From an uncultured Veillonellaceae bacterium (GTDB taxonomy: Bacteria; Bacillota; Negativicutes; JARBTT01), in contig CAWDTA010000002.1 of assembly GCA_963805085.1 (NCBI GenBank), forward strand, positions 1,824,001 to 1,888,000: 64,000 nucleotides of DNA. The letters are read 5' to 3'. A model generated the notes under the pieces. That model worked only from the letters and a program-made list of their open reading frames with translations, was not told where the DNA came from and did no database searches. Both the position numbers and the translations under genes were made by a program. Positions 49,046-58,795 of this stretch are shown here, piece by piece (the first letter of the stretch is position 1; every line of letters begins with the position of its first letter).

Positions 49046-51097
49046 ATGTTGAAGAAATTCAAATATAATCAATGGCTGATTGGCTTTATCGTGATTGGGT
49101 TAATAGCTGCCTTGTCAGTGGGTTTTTACCGACACAAGATAGAAGAAAGCAATACAACGGTAGAAATGGCTATTGACTATGAAGGTTTAGTAGAACTAGC
49201 GCAGATTGAAGGTTTATCAGTGAATGAAGTCTTCAAAAATGCAAAACAATCAGGTATTACGTCACTCGCCGTGTATGAAACTACGTTGAAAAAATTAACG
49301 GAAAATGGCAAAGTGACAACGACCGCTGGTGCTGACTTGATCAAAAATTATAATAATGGTACGTTAAGTGATCCTGCTTGGCGTGCGCTAGTAAGCAATG
49401 GTAGTGTAAATGCGGATAGTATTTATTTGACTAGTATTCAACCACAAATTTTTGCCGAAGTAAAAGCAGATTTAATCAGACGACTTGGAGAAAATCGGGT
49501 ACAGTCAATCAAAGTTGGTAGTGTCGAAGTTGTTGCGGTAAAGGCTAATTATGAAAAAGCAATGAAATGGAATTTGGGCATGCCAACCGATGAAATGAAA
49601 ATAGTGAACGACGCTGGCTTTTATGTTGTTGCCCGTCCGAGTAATTATGCAAAAGTAACAGAAGATGACATTCAATCTGTTTTCGATCGTTTAGATGGCT
49701 TCAAAATCTCTGATGTTATATTTTCTGGTGAAGAGATTCTTGGGGCGCCTAAAAATGTCAAAGATACAGCTCCACTATTTAAAAGTAGAGAGTATACCTT
49801 AGGGATGATTGAGCATCCCTTGCAATTGCAGTTTTTTAAACAAGAAGGTTTAATGGAACTAGCAGAAGACCTTGAGTATAAGGCGGCGCGAGTGTATTCT
49901 ATTCCTAAAGATGAACAACCAAAATTGAAAATTGCTGAAGCCGTGGAGCGTTGGGCAACAACGGATGAAGAACGGAATATTAGAATTAATTTACTTCGCA
50001 CGTATGAAAAACCGGAAGGTACGATGAGCTTATTCGAAACGAATATGAAGTACTTTGCTGATACCACGAAAGAGTTGAAAAACAAAGGTTTTTCGATAGG
50101 CAAAGCAGGGACCTATGAGAATTATTATCCAAGCAAATTTCTTCTTATTTTGATTACCCTTGGTGCAGTGGCAGCAGGTGTATTGTATGTATCATTGGTA
50201 TATCCATTTAAAGAGCGTTATCAAGCTATATTAATGGCTGTTATTTCGGTTATTTTGTTGACACCAATTCTAATGGGGCATGGAAATACGGTACGTAGTG
50301 TGGTAGCCTTGGCGAGTGCAAATTTATTTCCAGCCCTTGCGGTAATTTGGCAGCTTGATCGTTGGCGCGAAAATGAGTTTGATGCAAAAACCCCAATGAT
50401 AAAAATAATGCTTACTGGCGTAGTACTATTATTGACCACGGGTGCCTTGGCTTTTATTGGCGGTGCCTATGTTGGATCGGTGCTTGCCGATATCCAATAT
50501 TTACTCGAAGTAAATATTTTCCGTGGGGTAAAGCTGACCTTTATTCTGCCGATTGTTTTAGTAAGCTTGGCTTTCTTAGTACGCTTTAATTTATTTGAAG
50601 GCAAAGATTATTCTGGTAATGTTTTTGAACAAATTAAGAAAATTTTAAATACGCCTATTTATATAAAATCTTTAGTTGGTTTTTGTATTGCGGCAGTAGC
50701 AATGTTGGTTTATATTGGTCGATCTGGTCATACGGCTGGTATTCCGGTATCAGGAGCTGAACTTAAATTTAGAGCATTTTTAGAGCAGGCAATGTATGCT
50801 AGGCCCCGTTCGAAAGAATTGTTAATTGGTCATCCAGCGTTTATGTTAGCGGTGTTGGCAGTCTATAAAAAATGGCCAAGAATCTTATTTTTCATTTTAG
50901 TCCTTGTGGCGACAATTGGACAAGGTTCGCTGGTAGAAACGTTTTGTCATTTACGGACACCAATCTTTATGACCTTCATACGTGGTGTGAGTGGTTTGGT
51001 ATTGGGCGCAGGTGTAGGAGCATTTGCAATGCTTGCAGCGCATTTCTTATACAATCTATCTTCCTATATAGGGAGGGATACAACGAAACATGAGTAG
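49046..51097 (+). CDS. DUF5693-like membrane protein
   Basis: N-terminal TM, ERNIR, FRGVKL, RPRSKELLIGHP, TFCHLRTP; multi-TM C-terminus; directly upstream of csaB. Confidence 0.75.
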   Translation: MLKKFKYNQWLIGFIVIGLIAALSVGFYRHKIEESNTTVEMAIDYEGLVELAQIEGLSVNEVFKNAKQSGITSLAVYETTLKKLTENGKVTTTAGADLIKNYNNGTLSDPAWRALVSNGSVNADSIYLTSIQPQIFAEVKADLIRRLGENRVQSIKVGSVEVVAVKANYEKAMKWNLGMPTDEMKIVNDAGFYVVARPSNYAKVTEDDIQSVFDRLDGFKISDVIFSGEEILGAPKNVKDTAPLFKSREYTLGMIEHPLQLQFFKQEGLMELAEDLEYKAARVYSIPKDEQPKLKIAEAVERWATTDEERNIRINLLRTYEKPEGTMSLFETNMKYFADTTKELKNKGFSIGKAGTYENYYPSKFLLILITLGAVAAGVLYVSLVYPFKERYQAILMAVISVILLTPILMGHGNTVRSVVALASANLFPALAVIWQLDRWRENEFDAKTPMIKIMLTGVVLLLTTGALAFIGGAYVGSVLADIQYLLEVNIFRGVKLTFILPIVLVSLAFLVRFNLFEGKDYSGNVFEQIKKILNTPIYIKSLVGFCIAAVAMLVYIGRSGHTAGIPVSGAELKFRAFLEQAMYARPRSKELLIGHPAFMLAVLAVYKKWPRILFFILVLVATIGQGSLVETFCHLRTPIFMTFIRGVSGLVLGAGVGAFAMLAAHFLYNLSSYIGRDTTKHE

Positions 51098-52196
51098 TAT
51101 TGTAGTTTCTGGCTATTATGGCTTTAAAAATGCTGGTGATGAAGCTATGTTAGCCGCTATGATAGAAGTATTGTCGGATTTAGATCCTACTGTAAATATT
51201 ACGGTTATTTCTGCAAATCCTGAAGATACTAAACATAGACATGGTGTAAAAGCAGTGTATTGGCTGAATTATATTCAAATAGCCAAAGAATTAAAAAATA
51301 GTGATTTATTAATTAGTGGCGGCGGTAGTTTACTTCAGGATGTAACGAGCGGTAGAAGCTTGTATTATTATATGAGTATCTTGTTTTTAGCGAAAACGCT
51401 TGGTACGCCAGTAATGCTCTACGCACAGGGGATTGGTCCAATCTGCGGCGAATTTGCCCGTAAAGCGATGCATTACATAGGTAATATGGTCGACTTGATT
51501 ACGGTTCGAGATTCTGGTTCTTTACAGGAACTGAAAGAATTAGCTATTGATAAGCCAGCAATTCATGTTACGGCAGATCCGGTACTGGCAATTCATCCAG
51601 TAGATAAGCAAATTGGTAGAGCCATTCTAAGGCGGCATGATCTCGAAGGTGCTAAAAATCTGGTGGGAATATCGGTACGTGAATGGCGTGAATGGAAACA
51701 TTATAAAAATATATTGGCTAAAATCACGGATAAAATCGTCAATGAACTAGATGCAAGAGTGGTTTTTCTCCCAATGCAATTTCCCGAGGATGTTGAGACT
51801 GCAATGAAAATTGTGAGTTGTACGGAGCATTCGGCAGTGGTACTAGATGATGAATATACAACCAGTGAGCTATTATCTATCGTAGGTAATTTGGATTTAT
51901 TAATTGGTGTTCGTTTACATGCTCTTATTTTTGCTGGTGTCATGGGCGTGCCAATGATCGGAATGTCATATGATCCTAAAATTGATCGGTTTTTAACATC
52001 TATTGGACAAGATGTTGTAGGAGATTTAGAAAACATTACAGTGGATAAAATGATGGCAAGTATTCAGGAAAAATGGCAAGCGAAAAAAGAGCTTAACGAA
52101 AGTAATGTGCGATTACTGGCAGGTCTTCGGAATGATGCTTTTAGCAATGCCGAACTCGCAATTGATTTAATCGCAAGTCGTAAATCTATGAGGTGA
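51090..52196 (+). CDS. csaB: Polysaccharide pyruvyl transferase CsaB
   Basis: SGYYGFKNAGDEA, SGGGSLLQDVTS, AQGIGP, TVRD, RLHALI, SYDPK. Confidence 0.92.
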   Translation: MSSIVVSGYYGFKNAGDEAMLAAMIEVLSDLDPTVNITVISANPEDTKHRHGVKAVYWLNYIQIAKELKNSDLLISGGGSLLQDVTSGRSLYYYMSILFLAKTLGTPVMLYAQGIGPICGEFARKAMHYIGNMVDLITVRDSGSLQELKELAIDKPAIHVTADPVLAIHPVDKQIGRAILRRHDLEGAKNLVGISVREWREWKHYKNILAKITDKIVNELDARVVFLPMQFPEDVETAMKIVSCTEHSAVVLDDEYTTSELLSIVGNLDLLIGVRLHALIFAGVMGVPMIGMSYDPKIDRFLTSIGQDVVGDLENITVDKMMASIQEKWQAKKELNESNVRLLAGLRNDAFSNAELAIDLIASRKSMR

Positions 52197-53059
52197 ACAG
52201 TGTGCGAAAAAAGATCAGACAGTATGTAGGAATGACATTAGGGATACTCATTACAGCTGTTGCAATGAACTTATTTTTAATTCCCCATAAGATTGCAGCC
52301 GGTGGTATTGGTGGTGTAGCTACTGTACTACATTATTTATTTAATTTTCCCGTTGGTGTCATTATGCTCCTCTTTAATATTCCGATTTTTATGTTTGGTT
52401 TGAAAATATTAGGGGCGCGTTATGGATTGAACACTTTGTATGGTGCGATCATGTTATCGGTATTTATTGATATTACCGGGAAAATTACGCCAGTTGTTAC
52501 GGAAGATATTTTACTCAATTGTCTTTATGGCGGCGTTATGGTTGGCGTTGGGATGGGGCTAGTATTTCGCTTCAAAGGGAATACGGCAGGGACAGCCCTA
52601 CTGGCAGCAATCTTAAATAAGCTATTTCATATCAGCGTCGGACAAGCCTTACTCATCGCGGATGGCTGTGTTGTTGCTTTTGCCGGGATTGTCTTTCAAA
52701 GTCCAGAGCTTGCCCTGTATGCAACGATTTCAATTTTTGTAACTTCGCAGATCATAGATTTAGTCCAAGAAGGTCCATCAACGAGTAAATCTTTCTTGAT
52801 TATGGCTGAAAATCCTGGTGAGTTAGCGGATAAAATTTTTCAGGAAATTGATCGTGGCGTTACGTATCTACAAGGACGGGGTGGCTACACAGGACAGAGT
52901 CGTGAGATGCTCCTGTGTGTTGTGGAGACAAGTCAAGTAACACAGTTAAAAGACCTGATTGTGCAGCATGATTCAAAAGCTTTTATCGTTGTTAATGATG
53001 CGCATGAAGTTTTTGGTGAAGGATTTACCAGTTATGAAAGTAAGAAAAATATAAAATAA
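52193..53059 (+). CDS. YitT family membrane protein (with C-terminal DUF2179-like domain)
   Basis: PHKIAAGGIGG, FNIP, RGVT...GGYT, AFIVV..A.EV.GEGF. Confidence 0.9.
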   Translation: MNSVRKKIRQYVGMTLGILITAVAMNLFLIPHKIAAGGIGGVATVLHYLFNFPVGVIMLLFNIPIFMFGLKILGARYGLNTLYGAIMLSVFIDITGKITPVVTEDILLNCLYGGVMVGVGMGLVFRFKGNTAGTALLAAILNKLFHISVGQALLIADGCVVAFAGIVFQSPELALYATISIFVTSQIIDLVQEGPSTSKSFLIMAENPGELADKIFQEIDRGVTYLQGRGGYTGQSREMLLCVVETSQVTQLKDLIVQHDSKAFIVVNDAHEVFGEGFTSYESKKNIK

Positions 53060-53069
53060 TCGAACGGAT

Positions 53070-53115
53070 AAAGTGGCTCTTAGATGCATACGCATGTAAA
53101 GAAGCCACTTTTTTT
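53070..53115 (+). terminator. Probable intrinsic terminator
   Basis: AAAGTGGCT...AGCCACTTTTTTT. Confidence 0.6.
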
Positions 53116-53124
53116 GTGTGTAGC

Positions 53125-53245
53125 AGAGATTGTTACAAAATACCCATCTGCGTTGCTCAACCTGCGAGCCATCGCTCAACGTACTATACACGTACGCCTT
53201 CGCGTTCTCGTCGTGCCTAGCATCTGGGCATCTTGTAACAATCTT
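53125..53245 (-). repeat. Structured intergenic repeat family B (short form, complete)
   Basis: AGATTGTTACAA / TTGTAACAATCT termini, central CGTAC-N6-GTACG; reverse complement shares CAGATGCTAGGCAC...CGCAGATG with 58466-58552. Confidence 0.8.
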
Positions 53246-53266
53246 TTGAAATTTAAGGAGAGCATT

Positions 53267-53995
53267 ATGATTTTTTTTGGTAAAAAAATTTATAAACGGA
53301 TCGCTGTTTTATGTATTACGGCAATCGCGTTATTAAAATTACATGCGACATTTACCATGTTCATTTCCATGCTCGTGTCGATTGTGTGTTATGCATTGCC
53401 GTTTGATCTTTCTTTTGCCATTGGTTTTGTATTGTTACTATTCGCCCATGAATTTGGGCATGTGCTTGCGTCGCGGGTAGTCGGGCTTCGTACATCACCA
53501 CCGATATTCATCCCATTTTTAGGTGCGATGATTCATTTAAAACGCCAGCCAGTGAATGCGAAGATGACGGCAAATATTGCAATTGGCGGGCCAGCAATGG
53601 GCGCTTTGAGTGCACTTGTTTGTATTGCGTGTTATTTTTGGACAGACGAACGGTTATTCTTAATCCTAGCGTATGTAGCTTGTATTTTAAATTTGTTTAA
53701 CTTGATTCCCAGTGAACCCTTAGATGGTGGTAAAATTATCGTGGCGATTTCTCCATATCTTTCTTGGCTTGGTACACTCATCATTGGTGTATTATTTTTT
53801 TATACGTATAATATCATTATTTTTATCATCTTTATCTTTTCTTTAACGCGACTATGGAAGTTAAGTAGTACTGATTATACGGAATATTACTATCAAATTC
53901 CTACCAGAGTAAGATGGCTTGTATTTAGTTGGTATATTGGGTTGATCGCAGTTTTGGGGGTTGCAACTGTCTATATTGGGGAATTACTAAGATAA
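53267..53995 (+). CDS. Site-2 protease family (M50) membrane metalloprotease
   Basis: HEFGH, FIPFLGA, GGP, NLFNLIP..PLDGG; RBS AAGGAG before ATG 53267. Confidence 0.9.
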   Translation: MIFFGKKIYKRIAVLCITAIALLKLHATFTMFISMLVSIVCYALPFDLSFAIGFVLLLFAHEFGHVLASRVVGLRTSPPIFIPFLGAMIHLKRQPVNAKMTANIAIGGPAMGALSALVCIACYFWTDERLFLILAYVACILNLFNLIPSEPLDGGKIIVAISPYLSWLGTLIIGVLFFYTYNIIIFIIFIFSLTRLWKLSSTDYTEYYYQIPTRVRWLVFSWYIGLIAVLGVATVYIGELLR

Positions 53996-54111
53996 AGCTA
54001 TTTTATAAAAATTTATACCTCTGAAAAAAAGGTTTTTAGACAAAAATGTCTAAAGATATAACGTTATGAGATAAATTGTATTTTTTTTGGATTAAGGGGG
54101 TTTGGTCACCG

Positions 54112-54798
54112 TTGATACATATGAGTGAAGTTTCAAAAGTGTATGAAAATGGTTCATCTGCATTGAATAATATCAATATTGATATAGAAAAAGGTGAGTT
54201 CGTTTTCTTAGTTGGTTCGAGCGGTGCAGGGAAATCTACTTTTATTAAAATGATTTTCCGCGAGGTATTACCATCTAAGGGGCAGTTAATCATCAATGGT
54301 CGTAATATCATGACAATGAAGGAAGAAGAAGTCCCATATTTAAGACGTGGTTTAGGGATTGTCTTTCAAGATTATCGTTTACTCCCTGATAAAAATGTTT
54401 ATGAAAATGTGGCCTTCGCTATGCAAGTAATTGAAGCACCACGGCGTGAAATGCAAAAACGTGTAAACAGTGTTCTAGAATTGGTTGGTCTTAGAGATAA
54501 GTTGAAAAGTTTGCCGTCTCAATTATCAGGGGGAGAACAGCAAAGAGTAGCGATTGCCCGCGCGATTGTCAACAGTCCGATGATTGTGATTGCTGATGAA
54601 CCAACGGGTAATCTAGATCCAGATACATCATGGGAAATTATGAAGATATTTGAACGTATCAATAAATCAGGTACGACAATTGTTATGGCAACGCATGATA
54701 AAACTATTGTTGATGCGATGAAAAAAAGGGTTATTGCAATTGAAGATGGCTGTATTATCCGTGATGAAGTGAAGGGAGCATACGGCTATGAAGATTAG
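54112..54798 (+). CDS. ftsE: Cell division ATP-binding protein FtsE
   Basis: GSSGAGKST, VFQDYRLL, LSGGEQQR, ADEPTGNLD; upstream of ftsX. Confidence 0.95.
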   Translation: MIHMSEVSKVYENGSSALNNINIDIEKGEFVFLVGSSGAGKSTFIKMIFREVLPSKGQLIINGRNIMTMKEEEVPYLRRGLGIVFQDYRLLPDKNVYENVAFAMQVIEAPRREMQKRVNSVLELVGLRDKLKSLPSQLSGGEQQRVAIARAIVNSPMIVIADEPTGNLDPDTSWEIMKIFERINKSGTTIVMATHDKTIVDAMKKRVIAIEDGCIIRDEVKGAYGYED

Positions 54799-55675
54799 AA
54801 CCTGGGAATATTTTATCCGTGAAGTATTTGTTTCTCTAAAACGTAATAGTTGGATGACCTTTGCCTCCATTAGTACGGTGGCGCTGTCTCTGCTAATATT
54901 AGGTTTATTTTTGATTATTGTTTTAAATTTGAATAATATGGCGACATCTCTGGAATCTCAGGTACAAATTAATGTTTATTTAAAAGATGAGTTATCTGAT
55001 AAGAAGATGGAGGATATCGGTCAGAAAATAAAAAAATTGCCTGGTGTGGAAGAAATCAAGTTTGTCAGTAAAAAAGAAGCGATGGAACGATTCAAAGAAC
55101 GTTTAGGTGATCAACAAACCTTGCTTACTGCATTAGGGGAATCGAATCCATTACCGAATGCCTTTGAAGTTAAGCTCAGAGCTCCAGAACAGGTAAAAGC
55201 AGCGGCCAATTTAATCAATGAATATGAGGGGGTCGAAAATGCAAAATTTGGACAAGACATCATTGACCAATTATTTGAGTTAACGAAGATGATTCGAATT
55301 TTTGGTTTTATTATCATTGTATTTTTGGCCTTAGCGACCATTTTTATTATTTCAAATACCATTCGGTTAACGGTATTTGCTCGACGCAAAGAGATTGGTA
55401 TTATGAAGTATGTTGGAGCTACCGACTGGTTTATTCGCTGGCCATTTCTAATGGAAGGCATGGTGCTCGGATTATTGGGTTCAGCGGTTGCGACGATCAT
55501 ATTGCGTAATTCTTATGGTGCTGTTGTCGCAAAAATTTATGATACATTGACTTTTTTACCGCTCATTCCCGAGCAACCGTTTTTGAATAATGTCAGTATT
55601 TTAATGGTTGTTGTTGGTACGGCCATTGGGGCACTTGGTAGTACAATTTCGTTAAAACGGTTTATGAAGGTATAA
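54788..55675 (+). CDS. ftsX: Cell division permease FtsX
   Basis: NPLP, IISNTIRLTVFARRKEIGIMKYVGAT.WFIRWPF..EG. Confidence 0.95.
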   Translation: MKIRTWEYFIREVFVSLKRNSWMTFASISTVALSLLILGLFLIIVLNLNNMATSLESQVQINVYLKDELSDKKMEDIGQKIKKLPGVEEIKFVSKKEAMERFKERLGDQQTLLTALGESNPLPNAFEVKLRAPEQVKAAANLINEYEGVENAKFGQDIIDQLFELTKMIRIFGFIIIVFLALATIFIISNTIRLTVFARRKEIGIMKYVGATDWFIRWPFLMEGMVLGLLGSAVATIILRNSYGAVVAKIYDTLTFLPLIPEQPFLNNVSILMVVVGTAIGALGSTISLKRFMKV

Positions 55676-55687
55676 GGAGAGTTTTTA

Positions 55688-56821
55688 GTGAATAATTTAA
55701 AGCGTTATTGGGTTGTGGCAACTGCGCTATTAGTGCTAAGCTCTTTTTCCATAACCGTTTTTGCCAGTTCTCTCGACGATAAACTTAGCGATATCAAGAG
55801 TCAGATGTCTGATCAAAAAAGTAAAGCGGCAGAAGCACAGCAACAAGTGGAAAATATATCTGATCAACTTCGTTTGATACAACAAAATTTACAGGTTGTC
55901 ACGGATGAATATAAAGGCATTCAGAAACAATCCAACGAAACAGAAGAAAAAATTGATAAAAATAAAGACGCGTTAGCTAAAGCTGAGAAAGAGCTAGCTG
56001 CGCGGATGAAAATCTTGGATAAACGCATTCGTGATATCTATGAAAATGGGCAAATCAGTTATGTCGATGTATTATTTGGCGCTAAAGATTTTAATGATTT
56101 TATGACGCGGATGGATCTACTCAAACGCATTATCAAACATGACTATGATCTGATTATCAAAATTCAGGATCAACGTAAGCTGATTTTAGAAAAAAAAGCG
56201 GAATTAGAACGCGATCAAGCAGCCTTAAAAGAGCTTGAAATAGCTGCCGAGTCAAAGAAAAAAGAAGTAGAAGCGAGCAAGGCAAAACAAGAAAAAATAC
56301 TGGATAAAATGGCCAATGATCGTGATACTGCTGAACGTGCTTATCAGGAATTATTAGAAGCATCACGGCAAGTTGAGCAAATGATTCGCCAAAGTAGATA
56401 TCAAGTGAGTGAAGGAAAAGGTAGTGGCAAATCTACAGGTACGATGATTTGGCCAATTGATGGGCCAATTACTTCTCCATTCGGCTGGCGTACCCATCCG
56501 ATTTTTGGCACTTCTATATTTCATAGTGGTCTTGATATTGGTGGTGATTATGGCATGCCAGTGGTTGCTGCTGATGGTGGCGTTGTCATTTATGCTGGCT
56601 GGATTAGTGGCTATGGTAATGCGGTCATCATTGATCATGGGAATGGTGTATCTTCACTTTATGGACATAATCAGAGCTTGGTAGTTAGTGAAGGACAATC
56701 GGTATCACAAGGACAGCTAATTTCATATTGTGGTTCTACAGGTAATTCAACTGGGCCACATGTTCATTTTGAAGTCAGAGAAAATGGTACACCGGTGAGC
56801 CCGTATAATTATTTAAGATAG
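55688..56821 (+). CDS. Coiled-coil + M23 peptidase (EnvC/CwlO-like murein hydrolase or activator)
   Basis: Signal peptide, long coiled coil, HSGLD, YGH, STGPHVHFEVR. Confidence 0.9.
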   Translation: MNNLKRYWVVATALLVLSSFSITVFASSLDDKLSDIKSQMSDQKSKAAEAQQQVENISDQLRLIQQNLQVVTDEYKGIQKQSNETEEKIDKNKDALAKAEKELAARMKILDKRIRDIYENGQISYVDVLFGAKDFNDFMTRMDLLKRIIKHDYDLIIKIQDQRKLILEKKAELERDQAALKELEIAAESKKKEVEASKAKQEKILDKMANDRDTAERAYQELLEASRQVEQMIRQSRYQVSEGKGSGKSTGTMIWPIDGPITSPFGWRTHPIFGTSIFHSGLDIGGDYGMPVVAADGGVVIYAGWISGYGNAVIIDHGNGVSSLYGHNQSLVVSEGQSVSQGQLISYCGSTGNSTGPHVHFEVRENGTPVSPYNYLR

Positions 56822-56965
56822 TATAAATAAAGTGCTTTTGGCATACGTTATAGCAATGTAGGAGAATCAAAGCCGAAAATAAATAATGAAAAGTAGCAGA
56901 ATGTTATAATGATGATAGTAAGTAACATTCTGCTAATTTTTATAGCAGTGAATAGAGGTGGAAAA

Positions 56966-58105
56966 ATGAGCAAGAAAAAACTAATACTTGGGTCTGTTTT
57001 TTTAGTATTTATAACAATGTTTTCTACACTGATTGGTGTTTACTATGTGCTAGGATTAAGTCAATTTAAAATTGGTGATACCGTTCGTTTTTTGCATGCA
57101 CTACGTTTTGTTGATAGTCAATTTGTCAATGAAGTCGACGATAATAAACTAGTCACAGGTGCGATTTCTGGGATGATGGCTTCTCTAGGAGATCCTCATT
57201 CGGTTTATTTGGATCCACAGATGTATAAAGAGCTAATGAGTCATACTGAAGGTTCTTTTGGTGGTGTAGGTATTGTAATGGGTGTCAAAGATAAGATGCT
57301 TACTGTAGTTGCACCGATTGAAGGTACGCCTAGTTTCAATGCCGGTATTAAAAGCGGTGATAAGATCGTAAAAATCGACGGCGAAGACACCAAAGATATC
57401 GCAGTCGATCAAGCAGCGAATAAAATTCGTGGAGAAATTGGTACAGAGGTTACACTTACCATACATCGTGACGGAGAAGTAGACAAAGATTACGTGTTAA
57501 AGCGTTCCAATATCGAAATTAAAACAGTAGCAAGTAAAATGCTCGACAATGGTGTAGGTTATATCAGAATTTCTACGTTCAGTGAACATACTGGTAAAGA
57601 TGTCGATAAAGCTTACAAAGAGCTAGAAGATCAAGGAATGAAGGCAATCGTATTAGATTTACGTGATAATCCAGGTGGTTTACTTACTACTAGTGTTGAA
57701 GTGGCCAATAATTTCATTCCCAAAGGTACAGTCGTTTCTACAGTAAAACGCGATGGTACTAGAGAAGTGTTGAATGCGACCAAACTGGATGCTGTCAAAT
57801 ATCCAGCAGCAGTTCTTGTCAATGGCGGTAGTGCGAGTGCTTCGGAAATCGTGTCTGGCGCAATTCAAGATACTGGTTCAGGTACGATTGTTGGTACGAC
57901 ATCTTATGGGAAAGGTTCTGTACAGATTGTTATGCCAATGTACGGTGGCGATGCGTTAAAATTAACCATAGCAAAATACTATACGCCAAATGATCGATCC
58001 ATTGATGGGATTGGGATTCAACCTGATGTTGTTGTAGAACCAAATGGAACAACGGATAATCAATTGGAAAAGGCAATTGAAGTGGTGACGAGTAAACTAA
58101 AATAA
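56966..58105 (+). CDS. S41 family C-terminal processing protease (CtpA-like)
   Basis: LGDPHS, PDZ domain, LDLRDNPGG, SASASEI, GKGSVQ, GIQPD; RBS GAGGTG. Confidence 0.93.
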   Translation: MSKKKLILGSVFLVFITMFSTLIGVYYVLGLSQFKIGDTVRFLHALRFVDSQFVNEVDDNKLVTGAISGMMASLGDPHSVYLDPQMYKELMSHTEGSFGGVGIVMGVKDKMLTVVAPIEGTPSFNAGIKSGDKIVKIDGEDTKDIAVDQAANKIRGEIGTEVTLTIHRDGEVDKDYVLKRSNIEIKTVASKMLDNGVGYIRISTFSEHTGKDVDKAYKELEDQGMKAIVLDLRDNPGGLLTTSVEVANNFIPKGTVVSTVKRDGTREVLNATKLDAVKYPAAVLVNGGSASASEIVSGAIQDTGSGTIVGTTSYGKGSVQIVMPMYGGDALKLTIAKYYTPNDRSIDGIGIQPDVVVEPNGTTDNQLEKAIEVVTSKLK

Positions 58106-58124
58106 ATTTAACATTCTATGCTAG

Positions 58125-58315
58125 AGAAGCAGATAAATTGCAACGAAAACCAGTAAGTCGGCAAAAGACAAATCTCAAGTTAGCGCTAGATACAAAACCG
58201 CAATGAAGGCTCAAACTTCCTACGGTTAAACAGAAAGCCTTCAAAGCTAAGTAGTAGTAAGATTTGTCTATGTTGCCTTAGTTAAAAGGTTTTCTTTTGC
58301 AACTTATCTGCTTCT
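58125..58315. repeat. Structured intergenic repeat family A, copy 2
   Basis: AGAAGCAGATAA.TTGCA ... TGCAACTTATCTGCTTCT termini; homologous to 41221-41404. Confidence 0.8.
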
Positions 58316-58416
58316 ATAATTAAAAATCGAAAGTATCTACGATATTTTGTAGGTACTTTTTAGGTTGTCGACAAAATAAAATATTTGTGTCGATGATTTA
58401 GAAAATATCTAAATCT

Positions 58417-58600
58417 GTTCCACTTATAAACTAGTACGAAGATAGGCTGCCAGTTGGTGAAAAGTACTCAGATGCTAGGCACAGTAAGGGGGTGCGAAGG
58501 AGTCGTACTTTTGTACGTCGACGAGCAGTACCTTACTGTAACGACGCAGATGAATGCTTATCGCCGACCCGCGGTCTGTCTGTCCATAGTTTATCTACAG
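58417..58600 (+). repeat. Structured intergenic repeat family B (long form, complete)
   Basis: ATAAACT/AGTTTAT, GATAGGCTGC/GCGGTCTGTC, ACAGTAAGG/CCTTACTGT, CGTAC-TTTT-GTACG nested stems. Confidence 0.8.
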
Positions 58601-58676
58601 GCTAGAAAACACTTACGAAGTTTTGTAGGTACTTTTATTTTTTTCGCAAAATTTGTATATAATAATAATAAATTAT

Positions 58677-58705
58677 TTGTATCGTACATATGTTTGTGTT
58701 ATAAT
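58677..58705 (+). promoter_or_regulatory. uvrB promoter with a LexA (SOS/Cheo) box in the spacer
   Basis: TTGTAT-N17-TATAAT with extended TG; spacer holds CGTACATATGTTTG versus CGAAC-N4-GTTCG. Confidence 0.55.
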
Positions 58706-58795
58706 TTATTGGATAATTGTTATTGATTAGCTTTAATTGGAATGAAGAAATTAAGTGGGATATAAATAGTCCCTCTGTCTGGTGAGGTGTTTTTT

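Noticed and set aside
53084-53266. 61-aa N-terminal extension of the site-2 protease
   Set aside because: Runs through a terminator and repeat B; a strong RBS supports ATG 53267
58454-58726. 90-aa plus-strand ORF
   Set aside because: Reads through repeat B and the uvrB promoter; no RBS or motif
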